Shown: piece after piece, positions 22,501 to 31,625 of the stretch
How positions within the stretch are numbered: position 1 is the first letter of the stretch
How the letters are laid out: every line of letters begins with the position of its first letter
DNA from: a virus
Taxonomy: Duplodnaviria > Heunggongvirae > Uroviricota > Caudoviricetes
Length of the DNA stretch: 49,811 nucleotides
IMG/VR virus record: IMGVR_UViG_2579779084_000010
Direction: 5' to 3' (one strand)
Made by a program: the position numbers and the translations under genes
Notes under the pieces: generated by a model
The model's input: the letters and a program-made list of their open reading frames with translations, nothing else
The model's database searches: none
Told to the model about the DNA's origin: nothing

Positions 22501-22686
22501 CTGAGTCTGACGCTCCATAAAACGCTGCATACGGGCAGAAGACCGTTCTGCATCGCTGGCTGCACCATTCAGAAGTTTTTTGATACGGGGAATTTCATTT
22601 TTAAACTCTGCCGCATCAATCCCCAAATCAATGACCAGGTTGGCTATCTGGTCCATAACGCACACCTCCGGAAATACCTTCCCCAA
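19591..22686 (-). CDS. Tail tape measure protein H
   Basis: 1031 aa, coiled-coil-rich middle, Gly-rich transmembrane-like segment, lambda gpH-like C-terminus; start may be the downstream Met (MDQIANL). Confidence 0.85.
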   Translation of the reverse strand: MGKVFPEVCVMDQIANLVIDLGIDAAEFKNEIPRIKKLLNGAASDAERSSARMQRFMERQTQAARQTTQAASSAATAASVHAQTVEKNAQAHERMAREVEKTRQRMEALSQKMREEQAQAMALAEAQDKAAAAFYRQIDSVKQASAGLQELQRIQQQVRQARNSGGIGQQDYLALISEVTAKTRVLTQAEEEATRQKVAFIRQLKEQATRQNLSSSELLRAKAAQLGVSSAAEVYIRKMEQAGKATHSLGLKSAAARQEIGVLIGELARGNLGALRGSGITLANRAGWIDTLMSPKGMMLGGVIGGIAAAVYGLGKAWYDGQKEGEEFNRQLSLTGHYAGVTAGQLWTLSRAISGNGITQHAAAGALAQVVGSGAFRGNDIGMVARAAAQMERSVGQSVSDTINQFKRLKDDPVNAAKALDNELHFLTATQLEQIRVLGDQGRSSDAARIAMSALAEETGRRAADIDNNLNALGSTLKYLSDLWSRFWDAAMNIGREDSLDEQIAALQEKVSRAKRLPWTASSSQVEYDQQRLNDLQEKKSQKDLQDAKEQAERNYQEQQKRRNAENAALNRMNETEAARHQREIARINAMQYADQAVRDAAIQRENERYEKALASGKKKTRETRNDEATRLLLQYSQQQAQVEGQIAAARQSAGIATERMTEAHKQLLALQQRISDLDGKKLTADEKSVLARKDELIQALTLLDVKQQELQKQTALNQLKKKTIQLTSQLAEEERAQRQQHDLDIATVGMGDQQQQRYQVQLSLRQKYQQQLEQLRRDSEQKGTYNTDDYRKAEQALTESLNRQLNENRRYWQQLEVVQGNWKNGVLRAFQDFTVDADNTAGTAEQGFSSAFSNMGNGLATFVTTGKLNFKSFTSSVLSDMAKILAQATMMKSIKGIGSVLGFDLSSLSLNANGGIYQSADLSRYSGTVVNRPTFFAFAKGAGVMGEAGPEAILPLRRDADGKLGVVADIGGSGMAMFAPQYNIEINNDGTNGQIGPAALKVVYDLGKKAAADFMQQQARDGGRLSGAYR

Positions 22687-22957
22687 GATGCATCAGTTCT
22701 TCGTCCGTTCGCTCCGGTATCCCGTTCTCTTCCGGTAAAAGGCTGAAATCAGCCACCGCAGCATCACTGCTACCGGACACCATTCTCACGATCAATGCCT
22801 TCAGCGAGGCAAACTGCGCATCCATCCACACATCACTGAAGCTCTGCATCCGGAAATAATCGCCCCACTCACCAAGCTCAGTGGCCGACATTTCCGACAG
22901 CATCCGCCGCCAGTCTGCCCGCCGGAACTCCCGGGCAAGCCGCATGACAAACTGCAT
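22628..22957 (-). CDS. Tail assembly chaperone T frame (expected to be expressed as G-T fusion by -1 frameshift)
   Basis: ORF in the -1 frame relative to G, overlapping the G stop; the arrangement matches the conserved G/GT tail chaperone pair. Confidence 0.6.
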   Translation of the reverse strand: MQFVMRLAREFRRADWRRMLSEMSATELGEWGDYFRMQSFSDVWMDAQFASLKALIVRMVSGSSDAAVADFSLLPEENGIPERTDEELMHLGEGISGGVRYGPDSQPGH

Positions 22958-22965
22958 TTCCCGCG

Positions 22966-23355
22966 TCAGGACTTTTCCGGCGTCAGCACCTCATGCTCCA
23001 AATCCCCGGCATTCTCAATGGCTCCCATACCGCTCAACGACAGAACCATCTCCGCCCCCGCTCCCAGGGCATCATACGACCATGTTGTAATAACGGATGC
23101 GCAAAGCGTCTCAACATCCTGAGACTGTTCCGCATTCCACAGTGAGCGGGAAACCAGCCAGGCATTGATATCCATCCCCATCCGCAGAAAAGCAATCTGT
23201 CGTTCAGCCTCCGGCAGTTCTCCCTCTTCGGCATCAAACTTTGCCGTTCGCTGCTGAACAAACGCCAGATATTCAATTCTCTGCAGCCCGGACAGCTCAC
23301 TGAGCACCACGGACTGCTTTTCATAATTAAACGTGCCCTGTTTCAGAAACATCAT
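22966..23355 (-). CDS. Tail assembly chaperone G
   Basis: Lambda gpG-like (LSELSGLQRIEYLAF). Start placed at the internal Met pair because the ORF-track start at 23394 lies inside the upstream terminator hairpin. Confidence 0.65.
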   Translation of the reverse strand: MMFLKQGTFNYEKQSVVLSELSGLQRIEYLAFVQQRTAKFDAEEGELPEAERQIAFLRMGMDINAWLVSRSLWNAEQSQDVETLCASVITTWSYDALGAGAEMVLSLSGMGAIENAGDLEHEVLTPEKS

Positions 23356-23368
23356 GTTCTCCACCTGC

Positions 23369-23392
23369 AAAAAAGCCCCGGATAACCGGGGC
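23369..23392 (-). terminator. Intrinsic terminator downstream of the major tail gene V
   Basis: Minus-strand stem GCCCCGG-TTAT-CCGGGGC followed by TTTTTT. Confidence 0.6.
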
Positions 23393-23412
23393 AAATGATG
23401 AGTATCGTCCTG

Positions 23413-24162
23413 TTAACCTGCGGCGCTGACAGCCACCGCAGCCACTGCCACAAAATCGCCGTCAGAAGTCATGCCCACAATGCTGACACTGCCCTGCTTC
23501 ACGCCTTTCACCGTGGCCACAAGCCCGTTCAGGGTCACCGTGGCAGTCTGTGGATCTGTCGAATGCACACTGATCGCTTTGTCACTGGCTCCGTCAGGTT
23601 TTACTGTAAAGGTCAGCGTGGTGGTTGCTCCCACTTTTACACTGGCAGATGCCGGTGCCACCGTCAGCCCGGTAACGCTCACTGTTTCAGTGCCTTCCTC
23701 TGCCAGATACGGACGCCCCACACCGCTGATTTTCACTGTGCGGGTCATCACGTCTTTTGAGGCAATGGTTTTACCCAGTGAGCTCAGCCAGCCACGGAAA
23801 ACATCAACAGTGCCGTTGGGATATTTGATACGAAACGCGCAGACTTCACCGGAGTCGAACAACTGAACCAGTTTTTTCTGTCCGCTGTCACCCGGACGCC
23901 AGGCCAGCGTCGCCGAAGTATCACCGACGGATTTCTGCCCCTGGGTTGTCGTTTTCCAGTCTGCATCTTCATCATCGAGATAAGTGTCATCTTCTGCATC
24001 AGCGGTCATTTCGCCAGGTTGCAGATCCTTCACCATCGCAAGACGCAGCCAGTCAGTGTCCGATAAAGGGTTCGCAAACGCATCGCCCTTGCCGGTGTAC
24101 ATCCAGAACGTCGTTCCCGCACCTTTCGTTTTTGCCAGTGGATTTGGTGTGGTCATTGCCAC
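23413..24162 (-). CDS. Major tail protein V with C-terminal Ig-like domain
   Basis: 249 aa, lambda gpV-like N-terminal region and Big_2-like C-terminus (VTGLTVAPASASVKVGATTTLTFTVKP). Confidence 0.8.
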   Translation of the reverse strand: MAMTTPNPLAKTKGAGTTFWMYTGKGDAFANPLSDTDWLRLAMVKDLQPGEMTADAEDDTYLDDEDADWKTTTQGQKSVGDTSATLAWRPGDSGQKKLVQLFDSGEVCAFRIKYPNGTVDVFRGWLSSLGKTIASKDVMTRTVKISGVGRPYLAEEGTETVSVTGLTVAPASASVKVGATTTLTFTVKPDGASDKAISVHSTDPQTATVTLNGLVATVKGVKQGSVSIVGMTSDGDFVAVAAVAVSAAG

Positions 24163-24167
24163 CTCCT

Positions 24168-24581
24168 TTAATTCGTGTACGTGATCTGGTACGTGATTTC
24201 CGCCATCGCCCAGGTGGCCATCTCATTATCACGTTGATAGTTAAAACCGAGAGGGATCAGGGTGTCGATGAGTCCGGAAAGTGCCGGTATATCATTCAGA
24301 GCCGGGAAAATGGTGCTCTCCATCCACATATCCAGCTCTGAATCCGGTGCCTGTGCCCGGATGAAGACAGCAATATGCAGAACAGCCTGCCAGTCATCTT
24401 CATCCGTCATTTTTCCGGTGTACTGAGCATCACTCAGCCACACCGCCACGGCAGGCAGTTCCTGCGCATCAATAAATGCCGGAAGCCCGTCAAAAAACGT
24501 GGCGCTGTCTCCACACTGTTCCCGAAGGCGTGCCAGTACGGCCTGGCGGATTTGTGTATGTCGGTTCATCGGGTCAGCCAT
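24168..24581 (-). CDS. Minor tail protein U (tail terminator)
   Basis: 137 aa, size and position match lambda gpU. Confidence 0.7.
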   Translation of the reverse strand: MADPMNRHTQIRQAVLARLREQCGDSATFFDGLPAFIDAQELPAVAVWLSDAQYTGKMTDEDDWQAVLHIAVFIRAQAPDSELDMWMESTIFPALNDIPALSGLIDTLIPLGFNYQRDNEMATWAMAEITYQITYTN

Positions 24582-25144
24582 AACCTCAGTTGTTGTTTCA
24601 GTGCATACCCCAGCTGTTTCGGCATTTCCGCAGCAATGATGCGGTCGCGGGCATCTTCAAATGCCTGTGTCAGCGGTCCGGAAAGCGGGATTTTCACCAC
24701 ATCAATGGGGTAACGATTTTTGCCATCAATACGCCGCATCACATGCCAGCGACCATTCGCCAGTTGCTGAATAAACGCATCCCGGAAAAGATATTTACCC
24801 ACCTTCAGCACACTGCCACGGTACTGCAGTTTTCCACCACGCCGGGTCAGTCTGACCCGGGCGGTCCCCAGCTTAATGGCAGGCAGATTGCCCCTGTTAA
24901 CGCGGATCCTGGCCGTCATTTTTCCTGACGGACTGGCTTTAAACACCCGGACACGCTGACGTACCAGTTTCAGGGGTATCCCTTTCACCTGGTTATCTCC
25001 CGCAACGGTATTCCCGGCAACCTGCCGGGTGGCAACCGAGACCGCTTTCTGTGCCACACGGTTTATCGCCCATGCGCTGGCCTGTGGCACCATACGGGTA
25101 TCAAGGCTGTTCAGATTGCGGATGGCATTCTCAAGCCCCTTCAT
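24566..25144 (-). CDS. Tail completion protein Z
   Basis: 192 aa, same length and position as lambda gpZ. Confidence 0.65.
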   Translation of the reverse strand: MKGLENAIRNLNSLDTRMVPQASAWAINRVAQKAVSVATRQVAGNTVAGDNQVKGIPLKLVRQRVRVFKASPSGKMTARIRVNRGNLPAIKLGTARVRLTRRGGKLQYRGSVLKVGKYLFRDAFIQQLANGRWHVMRRIDGKNRYPIDVVKIPLSGPLTQAFEDARDRIIAAEMPKQLGYALKQQLRLWLTR

Positions 25145-25155
25145 CCCACACCTCT

Positions 25156-25431
25156 TTACTCAATAAAGATCATTGGCTTACCGTTAAAGCGTTCATGCCG
25201 TGTGACCGTCCAATGTTGTCCGTCATAAACAACGCGATCCCCGCGCCGTGGGCGGTATCCCGAAGAAAACACCACCAGAGAGACCGCAGGTCCGGACAGA
25301 GCATTCAGCTCTGCCAGTGTTTCTCCCGGGATCACAGTCATATCGACATCATTAATCGAGGCTGTCTTTCCCATCTTTCTGACCGTGATCGCATCCATAC
25401 GCGCTGCCAGCCGGGAAAAGGGATCAGACAT
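25156..25431 (-). CDS. Head-tail joining protein (FII-like position)
   Basis: 91 aa ORF between head and tail modules; assignment by position only. Confidence 0.4.
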   Translation of the reverse strand: MSDPFSRLAARMDAITVRKMGKTASINDVDMTVIPGETLAELNALSGPAVSLVVFSSGYRPRRGDRVVYDGQHWTVTRHERFNGKPMIFIE

Positions 25432-25747
25432 TGAGTTTTACCGGCACTTCTTCTGCACTGGTTCCGGCATCTGCCCAGACAACCCCGACCAGCGGATCAG
25501 AGCCGCTGTTAGTCAGCTGAACTTTTCCGGACTTCAGATAAACCTTCTTACCCGTTTTCATGTCATCCGTTTTCAGCTTAGGCAGCATAAACACACCTTC
25601 GGTCAGGCCGTCGCCTGTTTCACCCTGTGGAATATCGGTCAGCGCCACCGCAAAAACATCACCCACCTGCACCAGGTCTCCGCTGCTGATGGCTGCACTG
25701 GCAACAATCGCCACCGTTTTTCCTTCTTCTACAAAATTCTTTGCCAT
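25424..25747 (-). CDS. Head-associated small protein (decoration or head fibre-like), start at internal Met MAKNFVEEGK
   Basis: About 107 aa, directly downstream of the capsid gene and its terminator-like hairpin; assignment by position. Confidence 0.4.
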   Translation of the reverse strand: MAKNFVEEGKTVAIVASAAISSGDLVQVGDVFAVALTDIPQGETGDGLTEGVFMLPKLKTDDMKTGKKVYLKSGKVQLTNSGSDPLVGVVWADAGTSAEEVPVKLNV

Positions 25748-25790
25748 AACTGTCTCCGCACAGCCCCGTTCAGGGGCTGATTTCAGGTAC

Positions 25791-25810
25791 AAAAAAAGCC
25801 CTTACGGGCC
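25791..25810 (-). terminator. Weak terminator-like hairpin plus T-run downstream of the capsid gene
   Basis: Minus-strand GCCC-GTAA-GGGC followed by TTTTTTT; stem is short. Confidence 0.35.
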
Positions 25811-25833
25811 ATCAGAGTTGTTGTCTGCGACGT

Positions 25834-27792
25834 TTACGCCGTACATTTCACCAGACCGCGGTGATCAACTGGCGCGACACCGGCGTCAATACGCACTTTC
25901 GTTGTCACGCCATCCACACTGAAGCCCTCCATCTGATCAATATATGGCGTATCCACACCGTTGAGATAAGCCACTTCAATCGTATCGGAGCCTTTTGACG
26001 CAGCCAGGTAGAAGGTGGTCTGGCTGTTATCATCAAGACGAGGCTCTGCAATAACGGTCGCAAAATCTTTCACCGGGTTAATAATACCGGCGTTAATGTC
26101 AGCCCCCTTGACACTTGAGGAGCGAATGACCTGGTTAGCAACAGACTCCATCGCCGTCGGTACCAGTACGAACGCAGGACGAATATTCAGATGACGCTCC
26201 CCCTCTTTCTGAACGCGCATCAACTGGCGGGCTTTATCCAGCGATGCCACATCCATTGCAGCGCTCTCCAGTACGTTTGCATGTTTCGCTTTATCGAACA
26301 GACTTACATTATCTGTGGAGATTTTCGGGTTAGACGTCAGAATGGCATAAACCAGATCGGCAATAGTAGATTTCGCCGCACGGCCCAGTTTCATCGGGAC
26401 ATCGGTCAGCATATTCAGATCATCATTGATAATGGCCTGACGGGTGATACTGAACAGCTCGCCATAGGTCGCCAGTGCAATAGTGGCCTGTTTATCTCCG
26501 GTGGTGACGTATTTATATTCCGCCCCTTCACGCACCTGCCGCAGAGCACTGAAGCCCCCCATACCCACACGATGGGCAATTTTAAAATCAGACAACTGAC
26601 CTTTCCGCGTCCACTGTTCATAGGTTTCAGGGGCATCTTCCCAGCCCTGCAGAATGGCTTTGTTCGCAACATCCAGCAGAATATTACCGAAGTCAGACGT
26701 ACTGTGTGTGAACGCCGCACCGACCATCTGCATCGGGTTATAACTGGAAACCCCAATACCCCGTTCAGTCAGTGACATACGGGCATATTCACGCAGGGTC
26801 ATCCCGTTGTAGACATTATCACGTTCGGTTTTTTCAAATCCGGCACGCGCCATCAGCGCCTGGCGGATCCCGTCCCCCACAAAATTACCGTTACCGGCAT
26901 AAATATGAGCCGGGGTATTTTTATTGGATGGCGTGGACTCGCGCCCCATCTCGTTCAACAGCTTTTCGCGGGCCTGCTCCAGCGAACATTCAGGATCGGC
27001 AAGACACTGAGCCTGCAGCGTCTGATAACGCCCGCCAAACATGGCAAACAGATCATTAATACCGTTTACACGCGCTTTTTGCTCTGCCAGTACCTGCGCA
27101 CGGATGCTGTTTTCATCCACCACGGGTGCTGCTGCCTGCACTGGCGTCCGGGAGGCTTCAGGTTCATTATCCTGTACGCGTGGAGCACTGTTGCGTGGCG
27201 GAGTAATCATGTTTCGAATGGATTCCGGCATCTTTTTAAATTCCTCTGTACGTTTTGACTGAATACATGCCATTGCCTTAACGGCTGGCGTTACCTGATC
27301 AGCAAATCCATGTGCCAGACATTCGGCACCGGACATCCAGGTCTCATCCGCCAGCATGGCAGCAATTTCATCGGTGGTTTTCCCGGTTTTCTGTGCATAA
27401 GCGGGTAACAGAACCGCCTCAACTTTATCGAGCAGGTCGGCATAGGTGCGCATGTCCTCCGCATCACCGCCCGTAAAGCCAAATGGTTTATGAATCATCA
27501 TGAAGGTGTTTTCCGGCATAATGACCGGGTTTCCCACCATCGCAATGACCGACGCCATTGACGCCGCCACACCGTCGACATAAACGGTAATGGACGCACC
27601 ATGTGTTTTCAGTGCATTAAAAATGGCGATGCCTTCAAAGACATCGCCACCCGGTGAATTAATATGGAGATTAATGTGGGTGATATCGCCCAGTGCATTC
27701 AGATCACTGATAAACTGCTTCGCTGTAACACCCCAGAAACCAATCTCGTCATAAATATAAATATCCGCGTCACTCTGGTGACCAGCCTGCAT
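25834..27792 (-). CDS. Head maturation protease (ClpP/S49-like) fused to scaffold-like linker and HK97-fold major capsid protein
   Basis: About 652 aa from the Met at 27792 (the ORF track extends to 28053 through the portal gene). N-terminal ClpP-like region (INSPGGDVFEG), Ala/Pro-rich linker, C-terminal capsid-like region. Confidence 0.75.
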   Translation of the reverse strand: MQAGHQSDADIYIYDEIGFWGVTAKQFISDLNALGDITHINLHINSPGGDVFEGIAIFNALKTHGASITVYVDGVAASMASVIAMVGNPVIMPENTFMMIHKPFGFTGGDAEDMRTYADLLDKVEAVLLPAYAQKTGKTTDEIAAMLADETWMSGAECLAHGFADQVTPAVKAMACIQSKRTEEFKKMPESIRNMITPPRNSAPRVQDNEPEASRTPVQAAAPVVDENSIRAQVLAEQKARVNGINDLFAMFGGRYQTLQAQCLADPECSLEQAREKLLNEMGRESTPSNKNTPAHIYAGNGNFVGDGIRQALMARAGFEKTERDNVYNGMTLREYARMSLTERGIGVSSYNPMQMVGAAFTHSTSDFGNILLDVANKAILQGWEDAPETYEQWTRKGQLSDFKIAHRVGMGGFSALRQVREGAEYKYVTTGDKQATIALATYGELFSITRQAIINDDLNMLTDVPMKLGRAAKSTIADLVYAILTSNPKISTDNVSLFDKAKHANVLESAAMDVASLDKARQLMRVQKEGERHLNIRPAFVLVPTAMESVANQVIRSSSVKGADINAGIINPVKDFATVIAEPRLDDNSQTTFYLAASKGSDTIEVAYLNGVDTPYIDQMEGFSVDGVTTKVRIDAGVAPVDHRGLVKCTA

Positions 27793-27805
27793 CCTGAACC
27801 AGGAA

Positions 27806-29314
27806 TTATTCTTCGGACTGGTCGTCGGTGTGCTGCGGCTCCTGTCGTTTCGTTGCGGCACTGCTGCCTCCTTTATCACTGGCCGGATCGGTATCAAATA
27901 CCAGATCCAGCTTGCGGTTTTCATCAATTTCGGCCTTGCGCCGACGTTTGACATCATCCGGATTACGACCACCAGCACGTACCCAGTCTGATTCTGTCGC
28001 CGCTCCACCACGAATCTGGATTTTCCAGGCCTCAGCCTCCTTAACAGGGTCAATCCACGGCATCACCGGTCCGGAATACACCGCGGTATACAGTGAAGAA
28101 AGGTCAAGATCGCGGGGTAGCCTGATAACACCGGATGCCACAGCCTGTTTCAGCCAGGCACGATACATCGGACGGGTGACGGCACCAATAAACCAGTCCT
28201 GCAGGATCAGGTAGCCATCAGTGGATTCAACCAGCTCCTGACGCTGGGCGCTGTAAGTGCCGTTATAGTTGCGCGCTGTACTGGAAAAACTCAGACGACT
28301 GCCCGCCGCCACGGCACGCAACTGACCATTACGAAAAGTTTCAAGGTTAGGATTTGGGCGATCCGACTTCACCATTCCGATTTCTTCGCCGGGTTTCAGA
28401 TCATCGTAAATAATGCCTGGCTGAATGGTAAGCTCGCGTTCCTTATCCTTGCTGCCATTACCATCCGCTTCATAGCTCTGCCCGTCGCCTTTCCGGATGT
28501 ACATCCCCAGAGCAGCGGCGATCCTTGCTGCAGTCAGCTCAGAATCTTCATACTCTTTCAGGGCACTGAGGCGGATCAGCACACCGGACAATAAAGACGT
28601 CCCGCGCATCTGGTGCAGACGGCGAACAAATTTAAGATGCAGCATTCGCTCTGCATCCACTTCTTTGGTTTCCATCTGCCGTCCGGATACGGGACGGCTT
28701 TTATACACCAGATATTTTTCGGGACGCCCCCAGTCATCAACAAACACGCCCTGATTCAGCCTGTTGCTCTCATCACTGGTCATGGGAATAAAGTCTGGCT
28801 CGAGCGCCTCCAGCCAGAAATGAACACCGGCAGAAGGCGTCAGGCTGTTTATGCGCCCGGAAACCATCTGGGCAAACACCTCACCATCGCGCAGCCAGGT
28901 ACGCAGCATCAGACGTTCCAGCATCGGACGGGTAAACTGCCCGGTGACTTCCGGGCTGACAGACCATTCACTCCATCGGGTGCGAATCTCCGCTGCCAGA
29001 TCACGGGCAATGGCCCCATTGCGTAATACCGGATGTGGCTCGACAATAATCCCGTTTTTCCCCACCACCCGTTCTTCCAGCTTGTCAAATACACCAATAA
29101 CCAGATCGTGGTTGTTATCAAGGTAACGGGCCTGCTCACGTAACGACACGGCCCCGTACTGGCTTAGCTGGTCGGCAGTTCGGTTCTCCCGTCGGGCTTT
29201 GTGTGTCCGCGTCGTTTTTACGGCTTCATAAGCCTGGATCACCGCACGGGAACGCAGCCTTGCCGCTTTCCATCCAGGTGAAAAAACGCCAATCACATCA
29301 TCAAGAATTGCCAT
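27806..29314 (-). CDS. Portal protein (lambda B-like family)
   Basis: About 502 aa from the Met overlapping the W stop (ATGA overlap); size and position between W/terminase and protease-capsid. Confidence 0.8.
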   Translation of the reverse strand: MAILDDVIGVFSPGWKAARLRSRAVIQAYEAVKTTRTHKARRENRTADQLSQYGAVSLREQARYLDNNHDLVIGVFDKLEERVVGKNGIIVEPHPVLRNGAIARDLAAEIRTRWSEWSVSPEVTGQFTRPMLERLMLRTWLRDGEVFAQMVSGRINSLTPSAGVHFWLEALEPDFIPMTSDESNRLNQGVFVDDWGRPEKYLVYKSRPVSGRQMETKEVDAERMLHLKFVRRLHQMRGTSLLSGVLIRLSALKEYEDSELTAARIAAALGMYIRKGDGQSYEADGNGSKDKERELTIQPGIIYDDLKPGEEIGMVKSDRPNPNLETFRNGQLRAVAAGSRLSFSSTARNYNGTYSAQRQELVESTDGYLILQDWFIGAVTRPMYRAWLKQAVASGVIRLPRDLDLSSLYTAVYSGPVMPWIDPVKEAEAWKIQIRGGAATESDWVRAGGRNPDDVKRRRKAEIDENRKLDLVFDTDPASDKGGSSAATKRQEPQHTDDQSEE

Positions 29315-29532
29315 CAGAACCTCGCCAGCCGGTACCCGGAATGCCCCCGTCGTCGTGTAATCAGAGCCGCAAGGCGGCGCTCCCACTCCTGCCGTCCCTG
29401 CCGGATCTCAGATAAGTTTTCCATGGTCATCTGCTGACCATTAAAGGTGACGGATTTTCCGTCCAGCACCGCCATTTCAGCTTCCATATAACGCTGAATC
29501 ATGGCTTCGATATCATTCTGGTTCATAACCAT
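29314..29532 (-). CDS. Head-tail joining / head completion protein W-like
   Basis: 72 aa small protein between terminase large subunit and portal, overlapping both, as for lambda gpW. Confidence 0.6.
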   Translation of the reverse strand: MVMNQNDIEAMIQRYMEAEMAVLDGKSVTFNGQQMTMENLSEIRQGRQEWERRLAALITRRRGHSGYRLARF

Positions 29533-31625
29533 CCTCCGGAAGTCAGCCAGGGGTTAACATCGTCAGTTACTGTTTTCTTCCGTTTTTGTTTTTTAACAGG
29601 CGTGGATACCGGTTCCGGTGAGGATGACGGTTCGGTACTGTCCTGGACACACTCCAGCCAGGTTTCCCGGCTCGCCCACTCCGGTGCATCCGGCCAGCGG
29701 ATCTTTTCGTATCCATGCAGAATGACCAGAGCCTCGGCATACACCATCAGGTCAAAAGCTTCGTTGGCACCGCGACCCGGCTTACTCCATTTCCCGTCAC
29801 TGCTCCGCTCTTCATACGTCAGTTCGTCGTAAAACCAGCTCCCCAGCCAGTCAGGGAAATGCACATAGCCGGGACCTGGCGAGTCACGCCATAACGCGTT
29901 ATTCACCCGGTCTTTCAGTGCATCCGTCTGAAGAAGCCAGAGCGGCACATCACCTGCGGCCTGCGCCCGTCGGCCCGTTCGTCCGGTGTTATCAGGGAAT
30001 GTACGGGTGATCAGTTTTGAGCGCCGGATGCTGTCGCCCTTAAACAGGTAAATACGTTTACCAAGGCCATCACGACGGCAACGACGCCAGAATTTATAGG
30101 CATTATCAGTGACCCCGTCTTCACCGCCGGAGTCCACCGCCATTGCCATCAGTCGCATTTGTTGAGAAGGATCGGAGGCCAGCGGCCAGCTTTTATGAAA
30201 AACATCCGTCAGCAGGACATCCCAGTCTTCCGGATAGCTGGCCGGATCAATTCGCTGGCTCTCCCCGTCGCTGTCACCGCGCAATGACTGCGTGATGTTG
30301 TAACGATCAATAATCCAGCGTTCGCCACGGCTGCCATAGCCCGTTACCTGAACCACAAAACGGCGATGACGTCCCGCCTGCACATCCACTGTCGCCACAA
30401 GGAAATTAACGCCATCCGGCACACTGCGGGAAGGAACTGGCTCTGCCCGCTGCTCAAGCAGTTCACTTTTTCGTTGCTCCATGCTGGCGCGGGGAAGATA
30501 AGGTAATCCCCAGTCGGTATTGATAACCGTCTTGAGTGTTTCTTCACTTCCGGTTGTCTCGTATTCCTGTTCTGCAGTAAGCAGTTTGTAAACGAGTTGC
30601 GAGAGTGTCTGGTAAGCAGCTGCCGGACCCTCCATCCAGAATGACGCAATACGTGAGCGTCGGGGATCACCATAACGACTGCCATCCGCATTGATGGATT
30701 CACCATCCCGCAACCAGACCCCACGTCCGTTCAGCTCACGTTTTTGTTCAGGCATAATCCGTCCTGAACAGGAAGGACACTGAATATAAGCCGCCTCACT
30801 TGCCAGCACGGGATCGGCAATATCACGGAAACCAGCAACCACATCGCCGCAGGGCTGAAAATACTCACCACAGTGTGGACAGGGCCAGTACCAGCGACGG
30901 CGATCACCACGGTTATAGAGCGACAGGATCCCCGTGGTTGGTGGAGCCTCATGCGGTGAAGTCCGTCGCCATTTCACATCCTTCACATCCCTGCCGGGGG
31001 AACTCTCCACCAGCGTCATACCGCTGGACATAAATGTGGTGGTACGTTTTGAGGCAAGAGAGAAAGCATCCCCCTCGCCATCAATATCTTCCGGAAAACG
31101 GTCATAATCCGTCAGCGCGACGCATTTATAATCTGATGAGGACATGATATTGACTGACGGCCAGCCGATTTTCAGGTAGTTACCAGCAAGGAATGTTCTG
31201 TCATAAACGTTGTTGTCATTTTTGTTCGGACTCAGGCGACTGACCACTTCCGGGCTGACGCGAAACGTTCTGGCGAGTCGTTTTTTGGAGTGTTCGCGGG
31301 CTTTTTCCTCCGTCATCTGAATGATCAGCATATCAGCAGGATCGCAAATCACGTTGTAAATCACCCAGCCGTCAATCAGGCCGATAGTCTTGCCGGTTCG
31401 TGCCGGGCCAACAAATATCACTGCGTCGTATTCACGCGAGGCCAGGCAGTTCATCGGCTCAATAACATACGGTGCCACCAGCGGATCCCACGGGACTGAG
31501 TTCCCTGCCCCCATGGGCACCCGCATATACTGAGCAACGGCATCAGCAACCCGCATTCGTCTCGGTGCGCGAAGGATATAACCTGAATCGGTTCGTGCTG
31601 CCTTTGCGGTTTCCTGATTCAGCAT
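29523..31625 (-). CDS. Terminase large subunit (lambda gpA-like)
   Basis: 700 aa; Walker A-like segment (VFVGPARTGKT), C-terminal nuclease region; start overlaps the small-subunit stop. Confidence 0.85.
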   Translation of the reverse strand: MLNQETAKAARTDSGYILRAPRRMRVADAVAQYMRVPMGAGNSVPWDPLVAPYVIEPMNCLASREYDAVIFVGPARTGKTIGLIDGWVIYNVICDPADMLIIQMTEEKAREHSKKRLARTFRVSPEVVSRLSPNKNDNNVYDRTFLAGNYLKIGWPSVNIMSSSDYKCVALTDYDRFPEDIDGEGDAFSLASKRTTTFMSSGMTLVESSPGRDVKDVKWRRTSPHEAPPTTGILSLYNRGDRRRWYWPCPHCGEYFQPCGDVVAGFRDIADPVLASEAAYIQCPSCSGRIMPEQKRELNGRGVWLRDGESINADGSRYGDPRRSRIASFWMEGPAAAYQTLSQLVYKLLTAEQEYETTGSEETLKTVINTDWGLPYLPRASMEQRKSELLEQRAEPVPSRSVPDGVNFLVATVDVQAGRHRRFVVQVTGYGSRGERWIIDRYNITQSLRGDSDGESQRIDPASYPEDWDVLLTDVFHKSWPLASDPSQQMRLMAMAVDSGGEDGVTDNAYKFWRRCRRDGLGKRIYLFKGDSIRRSKLITRTFPDNTGRTGRRAQAAGDVPLWLLQTDALKDRVNNALWRDSPGPGYVHFPDWLGSWFYDELTYEERSSDGKWSKPGRGANEAFDLMVYAEALVILHGYEKIRWPDAPEWASRETWLECVQDSTEPSSSPEPVSTPVKKQKRKKTVTDDVNPWLTSGGWL

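Noticed and set aside
27806-28053. Upstream extension of the protease-capsid ORF (track start 28053)
   Set aside because: The extension overlaps the 3-prime end of the portal gene in another frame; the Met at 27792 just downstream of the portal stop is the plausible start.
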